Of a DNA stretch of 64,000 nucleotides, positions 18,335-28,013 are shown piece after piece. A program made the translations under genes and the position numbers. The notes under the pieces are model-generated. The model was not told the DNA's origin and searched no databases. It saw nothing but the letters and a program-made list of their open reading frames with translations. Source of the DNA: a virus. The stretch lies in IMG/VR virus record IMGVR_UViG_3300043429_000131; one strand, given 5' to 3'. The number at the start of each line of letters is the position of its first letter. Positions within the stretch are counted from its first letter, which is position 1.

Positions 18335-18362
18335 AAAACCCGCATAAACACTAGGTTTTAGG

Positions 18363-19271
18363 TCAAGCCCCTTGTGACCCGTACATACCCAGTGGATCCG
18401 ACCAGCCAAACGAGTAACGCTCACGAGCCTTGTAACGAACGTTCCCTGTATCGAAATCCCCGTCCATTGATGTAGACATCGGCGTACGAACAAAGTGCTT
18501 CATGCCGTTTGGAACGTCAGTGGTCAGGAACCATGCGTTGTTGTCGGTCAGGAAGTGGTTGATCGTATAGCCTTCTGGGATCGAACCGTTGTTCTTGATC
18601 GCGTTGATGTCGTTGTCGTTAGTACCGACACGCAGCGATGTCTCCAGCAGACGGGTTGCGACGAACTGGAGTGATGGAGGAACAACGAGTTTCTTCGGCT
18701 TAGCTGCGATCAGCAGACCACGTTCATCAGTCCATGCAGCGATCTGAATAACGGCGGCTTCCAGAGAAGTCTCGTTCAGGTCAGCAGGGGTTGATGGAAT
18801 GTTGCTGTTGACGCCACCAGAGACCAGAGGATGGTTAGCCGAGAACAGAGCCACGTTGTCGCCACCGGGGTAGGACGCGGAGAAGCCGTTGTTCAGGACG
18901 TTAGCAGCCTTGACCTGCTTGGTGTAAGCCATGGCACGAGCCAGCGCCTTGGTATAACGAGCCGACAGGCTGTCATACAGGTTGTCTTCGATGGCCTCTT
19001 CGGTCAGCGAGAAACCCAGAGCGATGGTTTCGTGGTTGTATCGAGCGGTCCAAGCTTCCTGCGCGTTGTCATAAGCAATCGCAGAGCCTTCGTTCTTGAC
19101 TGGAGCAGCCGAGAAACCCGACAGTTTTGTTTCTTCTTCGAAGGAACGCTCGGAAGTCTCTGTTTCGTAGATTTGCTTGTGCTCTTCGCCGTAACGTGCG
19201 TACTCCATGCCGAACAAAGCATTCAGACCGGGGAGCAGCTCTTTAAGTAGTTGTGCGCGTGAAATAGCCAT
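18363..19271 (-). CDS. major capsid protein
   Basis: MAISRAQLLKELLPGLNALFG..Y; S.RSFEEE..LSGF..AP.K.EG; follows scaffold; strong terminator downstream. Confidence 0.9.
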   Translation of the reverse strand: MAISRAQLLKELLPGLNALFGMEYARYGEEHKQIYETETSERSFEEETKLSGFSAAPVKNEGSAIAYDNAQEAWTARYNHETIALGFSLTEEAIEDNLYDSLSARYTKALARAMAYTKQVKAANVLNNGFSASYPGGDNVALFSANHPLVSGGVNSNIPSTPADLNETSLEAAVIQIAAWTDERGLLIAAKPKKLVVPPSLQFVATRLLETSLRVGTNDNDINAIKNNGSIPEGYTINHFLTDNNAWFLTTDVPNGMKHFVRTPMSTSMDGDFDTGNVRYKARERYSFGWSDPLGMYGSQGA

Positions 19272-19282
19272 TATTCAGCTCC

Positions 19283-19912
19283 TTAGATGCCGGTGGCGTT
19301 GTCGTACGAGTGGTAGCCGAAGTTGAACTTAACGATCACTTCAACAAAACCAGTCGAGGTTGCGGTGTCAGGCACCATATCTACTACACGCATTGGCAGT
19401 GAAGTCGTTACGCCGTTAGCGTAAATGCCGATGCGGGAGTCACCAGTTGTGGTCGAACCAGTGTTCAACACCAGAGCCACGTTGTTACCCAGAGTGGACT
19501 GTGTCAAAGGCACAGGAACCAAACCAGTAGTGTTAGCAGTATCGCCAACCGACACGACCTTGTAGAGCTGGTCAGGATCGTCTGCGATATAAGCCTTAGC
19601 ATCGGTCACGCCAGAAGCGAAGCCGGGCCAGTACTGGGAGAAAGTCAGTTGCTTAGTTACAGGGTTAGTGTAAGTGCATCCGAGGAATACACCGACAACA
19701 CCAGCAACAGGGGAAGTATCAGTGTCCAGAGTTGCAACGGCCACCACACCATCAGCCGTCAGAGCAACCACGTCACCGTTAAAAATAGCGGTGTTGTAGT
19801 TGACCGAAGCGGTCGTGATAGGGAGTTGGCGTGTTGCACCTGCGAACACCTGACCACCGATCAGATTGATCGGCTTCAAGCCATAGGGCTTGTCAATCGT
19901 AGGATAAGCCAT
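19283..19912 (-). CDS. capsid-associated (decoration/stabilisation) protein
   Basis: PYGLKPINLIGG...AIFNGDVV...GVFLGCTYT..DDPD; directly upstream of the capsid gene. Confidence 0.55.
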   Translation of the reverse strand: MAYPTIDKPYGLKPINLIGGQVFAGATRQLPITTASVNYNTAIFNGDVVALTADGVVAVATLDTDTSPVAGVVGVFLGCTYTNPVTKQLTFSQYWPGFASGVTDAKAYIADDPDQLYKVVSVGDTANTTGLVPVPLTQSTLGNNVALVLNTGSTTTGDSRIGIYANGVTTSLPMRVVDMVPDTATSTGFVEVIVKFNFGYHSYDNATGI

Positions 19913-19929
19913 GAGTAAACTCCAAAAAA

Positions 19930-20382
19930 TTATTTTCCAGAGCCAAAGGTCGTTGACGACTTCTTCTCGTTAAAGAGAGGCATACGCGGATCGCTTTGGC
20001 GCATGAGGTTGTTGTCTACAGCAGTCATCTGGTCGTTTGCTTGTTTCTGGTAATGTGAATTACGCTGTTCCACAAACTCAACCGGGGTCTTGCACAACAT
20101 CAACCCACCAATCACAACGGTATCTTTACTAGCTCCGTCGGCGTCTAAGTGCAAATGTAGTTCAGGATGATCAGATGCCTTAACAGGCTCCCAACCCTCA
20201 CGTCGTTTCGCAGAGAGATTAATAGGGTCTGGCGAGTTCAGTGTTGCAACACGAACCCAACGAAACGCAAAGCCCGGCTCTGGATCAGGCGTAGGCAATA
20301 GTTCGGGGGGTGCCCACATCGCCTTACGTTGACTTTTTGCGCGGCTCTCAAGCTCACGGCTCAAGCGTGTTTCACTAACCAT
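19930..20382 (-). CDS. head morphogenesis protein
   Basis: W.PP..LP.P.P..G..FRWVR...REGWEPV; between scaffold and capsid genes. Confidence 0.55.
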   Translation of the reverse strand: MVSETRLSRELESRAKSQRKAMWAPPELLPTPDPEPGFAFRWVRVATLNSPDPINLSAKRREGWEPVKASDHPELHLHLDADGASKDTVVIGGLMLCKTPVEFVEQRNSHYQKQANDQMTAVDNNLMRQSDPRMPLFNEKKSSTTFGSGK

Positions 20383-21383
20383 TATCTATTCTCCTGTTGT
20401 TCAGCAACCTTTTTGGCGTAAAGTTCCAGAGGTACACCTAAACGTTTCGCAATAGCTACCTGCGAAGCACTTAACTTTACCTTCTTGGGCGACGTGCTAC
20501 GGGTGGCTGGTGCCACTACGGTAGCGGGTTTGGCACGAGGCGCAGCCTGTTGTTGAGGCTCTTCCTCGGTATCATCTTGATCTTCTTGGCTCCTGAAATA
20601 ATCAGGGAAGGTGTTGCGCAAACGGGTATCAAGCTTCTGGTAATACTCGTCTGTTCCTGCATAATTTTGCCCATACTGTTTAACGAGGGCGGAGTGCACG
20701 CCAAGGGCGGTCGCGCTCATAATAGTATGTTGCTCATTACTTTCGTCCCCGTACCAAGGATTTGCAGACATCCACTGCTGGAGTCGATCATTGGAAGGCT
20801 GGGGCCTTTGAGGCGGACTATACTCGGGTTTTTCCTGTACTTCAATAGGTCTAAGATTCTCTGCCTTATCAAGCTTTAAGGTCGCTGCAGCAATCTTAGC
20901 CTGAGCATCTGCCACGGCATCAACATCGCCTTGCTCATACGCGTCTTTGTATTGCTTTTTGGCTTGTTCCAGCTCAAGCTGCGCAGCCGATTTACCTTGC
21001 TCAATAAATATCTTGGAGCCTTCGGACAACTGCTGTTGCAGCCGCTTGTTCTCCTCGTATACCTGACGGGCAAATTCCTCAGCGGCTTCACGCTCCCGCA
21101 ACGCCTCTTCCTTGGCACGGCGCTCGTCGTGGTAGCCCTTTGTAAACTTTTTCAGCCGTTTTTGGACTTTTTCGTCATACGATTTAAGCTCATCCTCGGT
21201 AACTTCCTCGGGCGGCTCGTCCATAGGCTTGCGGCCACGATCCTGTGGTGGGGTATCGTCAACGATCTCAAGGTCAAATTCTGAGTCGTCAGCCGCTGCT
21301 TTGTTAACTTTTTCCTCGGGTGGGGTCTTAGTGCCTACCTCATCCGGGAACTCAAACTCCGTCAGTTCCATCTTATTTGCCAT
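20382..21383 (-). CDS. capsid scaffolding protein
   Basis: acidic, long coiled coil, basic C-terminus (LSASQVAIAKRLGVPLELYAK); position. Confidence 0.65.
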   Translation of the reverse strand: MANKMELTEFEFPDEVGTKTPPEEKVNKAAADDSEFDLEIVDDTPPQDRGRKPMDEPPEEVTEDELKSYDEKVQKRLKKFTKGYHDERRAKEEALREREAAEEFARQVYEENKRLQQQLSEGSKIFIEQGKSAAQLELEQAKKQYKDAYEQGDVDAVADAQAKIAAATLKLDKAENLRPIEVQEKPEYSPPQRPQPSNDRLQQWMSANPWYGDESNEQHTIMSATALGVHSALVKQYGQNYAGTDEYYQKLDTRLRNTFPDYFRSQEDQDDTEEEPQQQAAPRAKPATVVAPATRSTSPKKVKLSASQVAIAKRLGVPLELYAKKVAEQQENR

Positions 21384-21393
21384 TGCTTACTCC

Positions 21394-21798
21394 TCAAGCA
21401 CGTGTAATACCACGGGGGTCTTGGACAACTGCCTCAACCGTATCGTCGTTAATCAACCGGAATTCCCGGCCATGAATCTTCAGGCGGGTGCCTGAATTGG
21501 GGCGGGCCAGAATAAAGTCACCTTCTTTGCACCATGGACCGGTTGGGAACTTCTCCTTGTCCTTGTAGCAATCCGGGCCCATTTTGACCACGAAAAACAC
21601 TGTCGCCAGTACTTCTTCAAATCGACGGGTCTCGTCAGCCTTGATTAAGCCGCTGTCGTACTTCTCTTCCGCTTCGGGAAGCGCCACAAGGATGTGGTAC
21701 CCCGAGGGTTCAGGCAGTTGCTTCGCTTTCTCTTCTGCGGTTTTGTCCATGATGGCGGACAGGTCTACAGCTTGAGATAAGTCAACAGCACTATTCAT
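21394..21798 (-). CDS. groES: GroES-like co-chaperonin
   Basis: LPEPSGYHILV...SGLI...VVKMGPDCY...GPWCKEGDFI...G.EFRLINDD.V.AVV. Confidence 0.85.
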   Translation of the reverse strand: MNSAVDLSQAVDLSAIMDKTAEEKAKQLPEPSGYHILVALPEAEEKYDSGLIKADETRRFEEVLATVFFVVKMGPDCYKDKEKFPTGPWCKEGDFILARPNSGTRLKIHGREFRLINDDTVEAVVQDPRGITRA

Positions 21799-21988
21799 CA
21801 GATTTCTCCAGTCTTTGCACGAGGTCTTCTAGGATTTCCGTAGCCAGTGCTAGACCCCGGATGACTCCGGCTACGTGTTTGTACTCTTCAAGACTGCCTG
21901 CTTTGCCTTCGGCAAGAAACTCGATACGCGACTTCTGCTCTTCGGTAAACTTAGTTTTTAAGTACCCAAGGACGGTTTCCTCTTTCAT
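21791..21988 (-). CDS. small helical protein
   Basis: 65 aa, EYKHVAG.IRGL, coupled to portal and groES. Confidence 0.6.
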   Translation of the reverse strand: MKEETVLGYLKTKFTEEQKSRIEFLAEGKAGSLEEYKHVAGVIRGLALATEILEDLVQRLEKSDE

Positions 21989-24472
21989 TTATTTTTTCTC
22001 CTTTGGCCTTTGCGCCGCTGGTTGTTGTGCACGGCTTGCTTCTCGCCGGTCTTTTGCTGCTTGCATTCCGAGCTTCACGCCTTCTGCCTGCATACGAGCA
22101 GTCAACTCGTTTCTGGAGTGTGTAGTCTTTGCACCTACCTGCATACCAGCGATCTTCTCTTGTGCTGCGATGCGGGCCTGCTCCACTTGTAGTTGCTGCT
22201 GCTTGAGCTGTGCATCGACCATGTCTTTCTGCATCTTGCGCTGAATCTCCTGCTGTTTGAGCTGAAGCTCTTGCATCTGCATCTGTACGACTGGGTCTTG
22301 TGCTGCTTGCTGGGCCTGCTCTTGCGCTGCTTCCTGCTGGTGTTGCATGAGGAGGCGTTGTGCTGCTTGAGCTGACATTTGAGCCACCTGTGCTGCAATC
22401 TCCGGGGGCATATTTTTGTTCTGGTCTTCGGTTGGCAGTGTGACACCCAGAGTTTTCTCAATCTCCTTGCGGTACTGGAAGCCCAAGTGCTCACTAACAT
22501 GTGCCATACCTGCGGCCATCATTGCTTCTGCCATCGGATTGCCCTGCAACATCTGCTGCAACTTAGGGTCTTGGATAGCTGCCATGTGCACAGCGATGTG
22601 TGCCTCGTGATCTTGCTCAATAAACGCTTTGACAGGTTTACCCTTCAGGATGTTTTGGTTCTCCGTGATGGGGTCAACTGGTGTCTGGTCATCTTCTGTA
22701 GGCACAAGCTTAGCTGCGTTCTTCACGCCCAACACCTCGATCATCTGACGGTGCAGGAGCGGGAGGTCATACAGTTGTGGTGCTTGTTGAGCCAGTTGAA
22801 TCACCGCCTGATACTGCACGATCTTTTGCGCCATAGTGGCCGCGTTCGGATCGGATACAGGGATGATGTCTACTTGGTCGTAGTCGCTACGCTTAACTGC
22901 GCGAGTGCCGTCTGTCGGTTGGTAGTCATACTCAGCTGGTGTGTAGTCAGCAATGATGGCCTTCAACAGCTTAAACTCGATCCGCATCGCATAGTGCAGT
23001 CGAGCTTGAACCGCTGTGCTGATCTTCAATGTACGCTCAAGGATAGCGAGTGTAGTACCCACTGGAGCCTGAGTGCTCATGTCGCTGACGTTGATGTCAC
23101 CAGCAGACGCAAAGCTACGACCTTCTTGGATGATCTGATTTAGCAGTTGGAACAGTGTCTGACTTGGCTCTTTATACGGCAACGGCAGGATGTTGTCGCG
23201 TATGGTGCCTGACGCCACATCCACATCACGGAACTCACCCGGAGAGATCGGTGTGTCATCGCCCTTGATGCGCAAGCCTTTGGACTTCATACCACCCGGC
23301 AGGTTACTGAGTGTGCCTGCATCAACCAGCTGACGCATGATGGACGTAGCAGCCTTGGCGTAACCACCGATCAAGTGAATAAAGCCGAAGCCATAGAAGC
23401 CAAAGCCGGGGACGTAGACGTAGTGGACAAAGTGATTGCGCTTTAACTTCAGCACGTCATCCTCGTACCAGTTCCGACGGATAGACAGAATAGTACCGGT
23501 GCCCTTCTCTATAGTGACGACGTAAGGTAGTGCGATACCTGTTGGCTTGTCATCTTTATCCTTGTCCTCGTAACCCGGCAGGTCCAGCTCGACGTGCATC
23601 TCCAAGAGGCGGAACCGATCATCTATATTGCCGGTGTAGCCTTGCTCACGTTCCTTTTCTTTCTCGATGTCGTCCATCACGTTCTGTGGCTCGCCTAAGT
23701 CCACGTCACGATAAAACCCCGCTACCTGCAGCTTGCGCACCTCGTTAGGTGTCTTCCGCATCACGTGAGTTACTCGCTCCGCAGTCTCCAGACTAGACGC
23801 GCCGTACGGCACAACCATGTCTTCAGCGGGAATGAACATAGCTACTTGGCGACCAAGCGATGGGTCGTAGTACACCTTCTTAAATGCAGAGCCTGCCAGT
23901 GGTAGTGAGAACAGCATCTTCTCGTGTTCCGGGCGGTACTCCACCATCTCTTCAGTCAGCTTGTAGTTCATGTCTTCACGAACCCGTGCTGCTGCTTCTT
24001 CCTTGAGCTTGTCGATTGCGCCGACGATCTGAGTCTTAACCGGACCCATGGCTGGGAACGTCTCAACAATAGCCTCGGACTGGAACCGCACAACTGCCTC
24101 GGTTAGCATCGGGTGGAACACACCACATGCGCCAGACCACGGCTCACTGCGCTCTTCTGTCTTCAAGCCCAGCAGTTTTAAGCCTTTGACGTAAGAGTCA
24201 ACCCAGTCTTTGCGGGAGTCTTGGTCCGAAGTAAAGTCGGCAATAAGCTCGTCACCCAAGCCTTGCAGCTCACTGTCGGGGATGTACTCCGCAAGGTTGG
24301 CGTCGAATGCGTCCGGGCCTTCCTCTTCTTTCTCAATCTCTATCTCCATGCCGTCGGCACGGATGCTGACTGACTCCGGGTCTTCGATCTCAATTTCCAA
24401 GTCGGGTTCTGCCGCCGCTGCTTCAGCTATGCCGAGAGGCGCTGCGTACAGCCCTTTATCTATGTCTGCCAT
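21989..24472 (-). CDS. portal protein
   Basis: 827 aa; HPMLTEAVVRFQ, GSAFKKVYYD, GFYGFG.IHLIGG, Gln-rich C-terminal barrel; between terL and scaffold. Confidence 0.9.
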   Translation of the reverse strand: MADIDKGLYAAPLGIAEAAAAEPDLEIEIEDPESVSIRADGMEIEIEKEEEGPDAFDANLAEYIPDSELQGLGDELIADFTSDQDSRKDWVDSYVKGLKLLGLKTEERSEPWSGACGVFHPMLTEAVVRFQSEAIVETFPAMGPVKTQIVGAIDKLKEEAAARVREDMNYKLTEEMVEYRPEHEKMLFSLPLAGSAFKKVYYDPSLGRQVAMFIPAEDMVVPYGASSLETAERVTHVMRKTPNEVRKLQVAGFYRDVDLGEPQNVMDDIEKEKEREQGYTGNIDDRFRLLEMHVELDLPGYEDKDKDDKPTGIALPYVVTIEKGTGTILSIRRNWYEDDVLKLKRNHFVHYVYVPGFGFYGFGFIHLIGGYAKAATSIMRQLVDAGTLSNLPGGMKSKGLRIKGDDTPISPGEFRDVDVASGTIRDNILPLPYKEPSQTLFQLLNQIIQEGRSFASAGDINVSDMSTQAPVGTTLAILERTLKISTAVQARLHYAMRIEFKLLKAIIADYTPAEYDYQPTDGTRAVKRSDYDQVDIIPVSDPNAATMAQKIVQYQAVIQLAQQAPQLYDLPLLHRQMIEVLGVKNAAKLVPTEDDQTPVDPITENQNILKGKPVKAFIEQDHEAHIAVHMAAIQDPKLQQMLQGNPMAEAMMAAGMAHVSEHLGFQYRKEIEKTLGVTLPTEDQNKNMPPEIAAQVAQMSAQAAQRLLMQHQQEAAQEQAQQAAQDPVVQMQMQELQLKQQEIQRKMQKDMVDAQLKQQQLQVEQARIAAQEKIAGMQVGAKTTHSRNELTARMQAEGVKLGMQAAKDRREASRAQQPAAQRPKEKK

Positions 24473-24481
24473 GATTTTTCC

Positions 24482-24757
24482 TTAAAAATTTTTTTGTGTC
24501 GTGCCGCACTTCGCGCAGTCAAACCCTGTCGGAGTGCAGAAAAATAATTGCCCGCCACAGTTGCATTCCCAGCGTTCTGCTGGAGGCTCAACGACGCCCA
24601 TCCACGTACCTTTATGTGTGCCACAACTCGGGCACTCAAAGCACCGTACCCCAACAGGCGCAACTGCCGCCCACTCGTGTTTGCACTCGATGCAGTAACC
24701 CACACCATTTAGTGTTTCTTCCAGCTCAGGCTTTTTAAGCTCTATGACGTTGTTCAT
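24482..24757 (-). CDS. small zinc-finger protein
   Basis: four Cys pairs (CIEC, CPSC, CNC, CAKC). Confidence 0.6.
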   Translation of the reverse strand: MNNVIELKKPELEETLNGVGYCIECKHEWAAVAPVGVRCFECPSCGTHKGTWMGVVEPPAERWECNCGGQLFFCTPTGFDCAKCGTTQKNF

Positions 24758-26304
24758 ACGTTGTAGTAGCCAGCATTGCGCTGCGATTTAAACCACTTAA
24801 TTTCTTCCGGCTCATCCGATGGTAGCCGTATGAAGCCCCCTGCACGGAACCTCATCAACGCAAGTGTCGTCGCATCGACCAAGTCATCATGCTCGCCAGA
24901 TGGGAAGCTTGCTATCTCATCCACTAACTCCTCAGCCCAGCGAGTCTCTGGCACCCATACCTTGCCTGACGCTATCAAGTCCGACACCGAGTTCAACCTC
25001 GTTATCTTGTCATTGCCTTTGCTGGGTGTGTACTCCTGCACCGGTATACCCATCGCCCGGAACTCGTAGATCAGTGGCGCACCCGTCGCCTTCTTCTCTA
25101 TCAATACCCCGTCCGGCTCCCACTCTTGGTAGTGTCGGAACGCTGTTTCCTTCAGCTCGATCCACTCCATCCGCTCTTTAAATGCGTTGAGTAGGATGAT
25201 GTTGGCTTGCCCGTGGTCTTCGTCGTTATAGAAGATACCCCACGTCGTACACGCACTAAAGTCGGCACGGCTGTTCTTTTCGAACGCAGTATCCCACGTT
25301 TGAAGTATGTACTCACACTGCGGGGGGCGCTCATGTGGCCAGACTTTCCACCACTCCCGCTTAATAATTGCTGAGCTATCTGAAGTCGGCTGCTGCTGGT
25401 ACTGCGCCATCCACTTACTATTGGGCAGTTCCGTGTGCAGGGCTTCAAGCTCGTCTTTACTCCAAAACTCAGGCCAGAGGGGATTTCCAGACGGGAGAAT
25501 CGCGGGAAACTCAATGACTTCCCATTCATCACCGCCCCGTGAGGCACTGGATTTGATCACTTGTCCTGTTAAATCACGCAACGACCATCGGGTCATCACG
25601 ATTACGATGGCTCCACCCGGTTGTAAACGCTGCCTCGGACCGGATGTGTACCACTCATAAACCTTATCGTATATATCTGGGTTCACCTGCGCCAGTGCAG
25701 CTTCCTGTTCGGAGTGCGGATCGTCAATTATCAGCACATCAGCGCCCTTACCAGTCACCGCACCGCCCACACCGATAGCGAAGTAGTCGCCACCCTTGCT
25801 GGTGTTCCACCGTCCCGCCGCTTTTGAGTCCGCAGACAGGGACAAGTTGGGGAAAATGCCCCGATACACCTCAGAATCTACCAAATTTCGCACTTTTCGA
25901 CCAAAACCCACGGCCAATTCCGCCGTGTGTGACGCTTGAATCACTTTTTTGTGAGGAAACTTGCCCAGAAACCATGCTGGCAGCAAATATGAGGCGAATT
26001 CTGACTTTGTGTGCCGTGGTGGCATGTTGATAATGAGCCTTTTGCAGGTTCCATTAGCCACTCTTTCAAACGCTTCAGCCATTCTCGCATGGTGTCTCCC
26101 CGCAATGAAGGTCGGCCAGACCGCTTCGACGAATTTTAAGAACCGCTCCTGCTGTAACTCCTTGGCTTTCATCGCCTCCAGCGTGTCCAGCTCGAACAAC
26201 ACCTGCCGCATCTCCTGTTCTGTCAGGTTAGGCAGCACTTTCAACAGGTCGGTTAGGGCGACGTTACTCACTTGGCTGGTCGTCATCCTCTTCCTCGCCA
26301 TCAA
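24754..26304 (-). CDS. terL: terminase large subunit
   Basis: LIINMPPRHTKS (Walker A), VLIIDDPH (Walker B), WDTA, HDDLVDA nuclease motif. Confidence 0.95.
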   Translation of the reverse strand: MMARKRMTTSQVSNVALTDLLKVLPNLTEQEMRQVLFELDTLEAMKAKELQQERFLKFVEAVWPTFIAGRHHARMAEAFERVANGTCKRLIINMPPRHTKSEFASYLLPAWFLGKFPHKKVIQASHTAELAVGFGRKVRNLVDSEVYRGIFPNLSLSADSKAAGRWNTSKGGDYFAIGVGGAVTGKGADVLIIDDPHSEQEAALAQVNPDIYDKVYEWYTSGPRQRLQPGGAIVIVMTRWSLRDLTGQVIKSSASRGGDEWEVIEFPAILPSGNPLWPEFWSKDELEALHTELPNSKWMAQYQQQPTSDSSAIIKREWWKVWPHERPPQCEYILQTWDTAFEKNSRADFSACTTWGIFYNDEDHGQANIILLNAFKERMEWIELKETAFRHYQEWEPDGVLIEKKATGAPLIYEFRAMGIPVQEYTPSKGNDKITRLNSVSDLIASGKVWVPETRWAEELVDEIASFPSGEHDDLVDATTLALMRFRAGGFIRLPSDEPEEIKWFKSQRNAGYYNV

Positions 26305-26893
26305 ACAAGTCTTCCAGCAGAGGTGTCGCGCTTGGTTCCGGCTCAGCTACGCCTAACTCTACATCCAAGCTATCCGTAATGGGGGTCACGTCGATGACGT
26401 TGGAGTTCAGCAGGCGCTTGATCCGCTCTTTAATAGCATCTTCCAGCGAGTCCGAGGTCTTGTGGTTAATAGTGATCTCACTACGCTCAGTGAAGATACC
26501 CACGTCGCTATGCTTACCCAGCAATTCCAAGGCTTTCAACTCATAGCGCGGGTCGCCGCAGTTGGCAATCTCCATCAGTTTGGCCGTAATAGCTGAGCGC
26601 ACCTCGTTGGCGTCGGCTGCAACTTGATTGGCGTATGACTTAAGGAACAATGCGGCGGCGCTTGCCGTACTGGGATTTTTTAGCGCACGCGATGCGGTGC
26701 TGCGGTTGTGATGCTCTGTTAGGTTTTTGAAGGCATCGATGTCGTCTGGCGCTACTTCAATAGTTGCACCCAGCTGGGATAGCAAGTCTGCCGTGTTGGC
26801 AGCGACGGTTACCTCGTCCTTGAAAGTAGCAGGACGTTCTGGACTGGTGTCGTAGGGGACCGGGTGGTCCTTTGTGGGTTCCAGATTAATCAT
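26264..26893 (-). CDS. terS: terminase small subunit (probable)
   Basis: immediately upstream of terL; LKALELLGKHSDVGIFTERSEIT motif. Confidence 0.7.
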   Translation of the reverse strand: MINLEPTKDHPVPYDTSPERPATFKDEVTVAANTADLLSQLGATIEVAPDDIDAFKNLTEHHNRSTASRALKNPSTASAAALFLKSYANQVAADANEVRSAITAKLMEIANCGDPRYELKALELLGKHSDVGIFTERSEITINHKTSDSLEDAIKERIKRLLNSNVIDVTPITDSLDVELGVAEPEPSATPLLEDLFDGEEEDDDQPSE

Positions 26894-27184
26894 TATGCAC
26901 CGTGAGACGGGAGTTGCGAAGTATATACCACTAATTAAGAAGGAGGTAAAGATACTCTTGACGGGGGGTGTTTCGCATGGGGGCTTAGTAAAGCTTGGCA
27001 GAAAAGCGAAGGGGGTGGGGGTAATGTTGTCAATTTAGTTACAGAGTTGTGAAGTGTGGTATCGGTTGTGCAAACTAGTGTGTATGTAGTTGGTAGGAGT
27101 CCCAAGCTGCTGAGTCGATGGGTGGGGGTCGAGTTGCCAGATTGATACTAACAATGTTAGCCTTATTTTCGCTTACAAAAAACA

Positions 27185-27213
27185 ATGCGAATCTAATCTA
27201 ATTGTGTTACATT
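27185..27213 (+). promoter_or_regulatory. putative early promoter P0
   Basis: ATGCGA-17bp-TACATT; shares TTGTGT just before -10 with promoters at 28770 and 31588. Confidence 0.5.
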
Positions 27214-27279
27214 CAAATCATCGAAACAGCGCAGCATTGTCTCGATACTCTTATCAACGTAACTGTAAAGGATTACAAA

Positions 27280-27837
27280 ATGGAAAACGTCAAAAATGTT
27301 AGTACCGCCCCCGCCGCCGCTGCAGTTGTCGATATTCCGAAGGATGTCATTGTTGCACGTAACCGCGTGATCGAAGCAGAAACAAAATCGTACGGTGCGC
27401 GCATCGGTTACGCATCGGCGCTCAATAGCATGGCGGGCTCTGCGTGGTATCGCGACGGCGCGGACAAAGTGATCAGCATTGAAGCGGAGAAGGCTAATCT
27501 TTACGCTGGCTTGAAAAAGGCTAATCACTCAAACCCGTCGAAGGTATGGGGCGATATTAAAAAGTACGCGCTGATCGACGCACAAGAACGCGGCCTGTTC
27601 GGTGAGACTAAGCCCGTCGAAGGCGAAGACGGCGAAGGCGAATCCACCGGCGGCGCAAACGCAAATGCCCCGCGCCCGCTGCAGTTGCGCCTTGTCGAGG
27701 AGTTAACCGCGCTTTACAAAGTGTGTGACAAAGAGAAAGCTTTCCTTACTGATCAGCAGAAAGCAGCATCGCTCTGCATCACTAAGGCGCTGGAATCGCT
27801 GGGCGTGAATCTCGGCCTGATCAAAACCGGCAAATAA
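27280..27837 (+). CDS. first early gene, unknown function (185 aa)
   Basis: ATG at 27280 after AAGGA; followed by GC hairpin 27845-27862. Confidence 0.8.
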   Translation: MENVKNVSTAPAAAAVVDIPKDVIVARNRVIEAETKSYGARIGYASALNSMAGSAWYRDGADKVISIEAEKANLYAGLKKANHSNPSKVWGDIKKYALIDAQERGLFGETKPVEGEDGEGESTGGANANAPRPLQLRLVEELTALYKVCDKEKAFLTDQQKAASLCITKALESLGVNLGLIKTGK

Positions 27838-27883
27838 TCAACGAGCGGGGCGAAAGCCCCGCCTAACAATGTTAGGTTATCAA

Positions 27884-27967
27884 ATGAAAAACTACGGCTT
27901 CGAACTTCTCGCTACAATCTACTGCGCCGTGATGCTGTACTGCGCTGTCCTGATGATGATCGTTTAA
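27884..27967 (+). CDS. 27-aa hydrophobic peptide (not in ORF track)
   Basis: MKNYGFELLATIYCAVMLYCAVLMMIV*, between palindrome 27863 and terminator. Confidence 0.45.
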   Translation: MKNYGFELLATIYCAVMLYCAVLMMIV

Positions 27968-27985
27968 CCCGCCCCGCTTCACCAG

Positions 27986-28007
27986 AACCCGCTTCGGCGG
28001 GTTTTTT
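27986..28007 (+). terminator. rho-independent terminator between convergent genes
   Basis: AACCCGC-TTCG-GCGGGTT-TTTT. Confidence 0.85.
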
Positions 28008-28013
28008 GTTTTG

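Noticed and set aside
17509-18362. Group I intron around the GIY-YIG gene
   Set aside because: The capsid ORF ends normally with a terminator and the downstream gene has its own promoter and start, so no gene is interrupted
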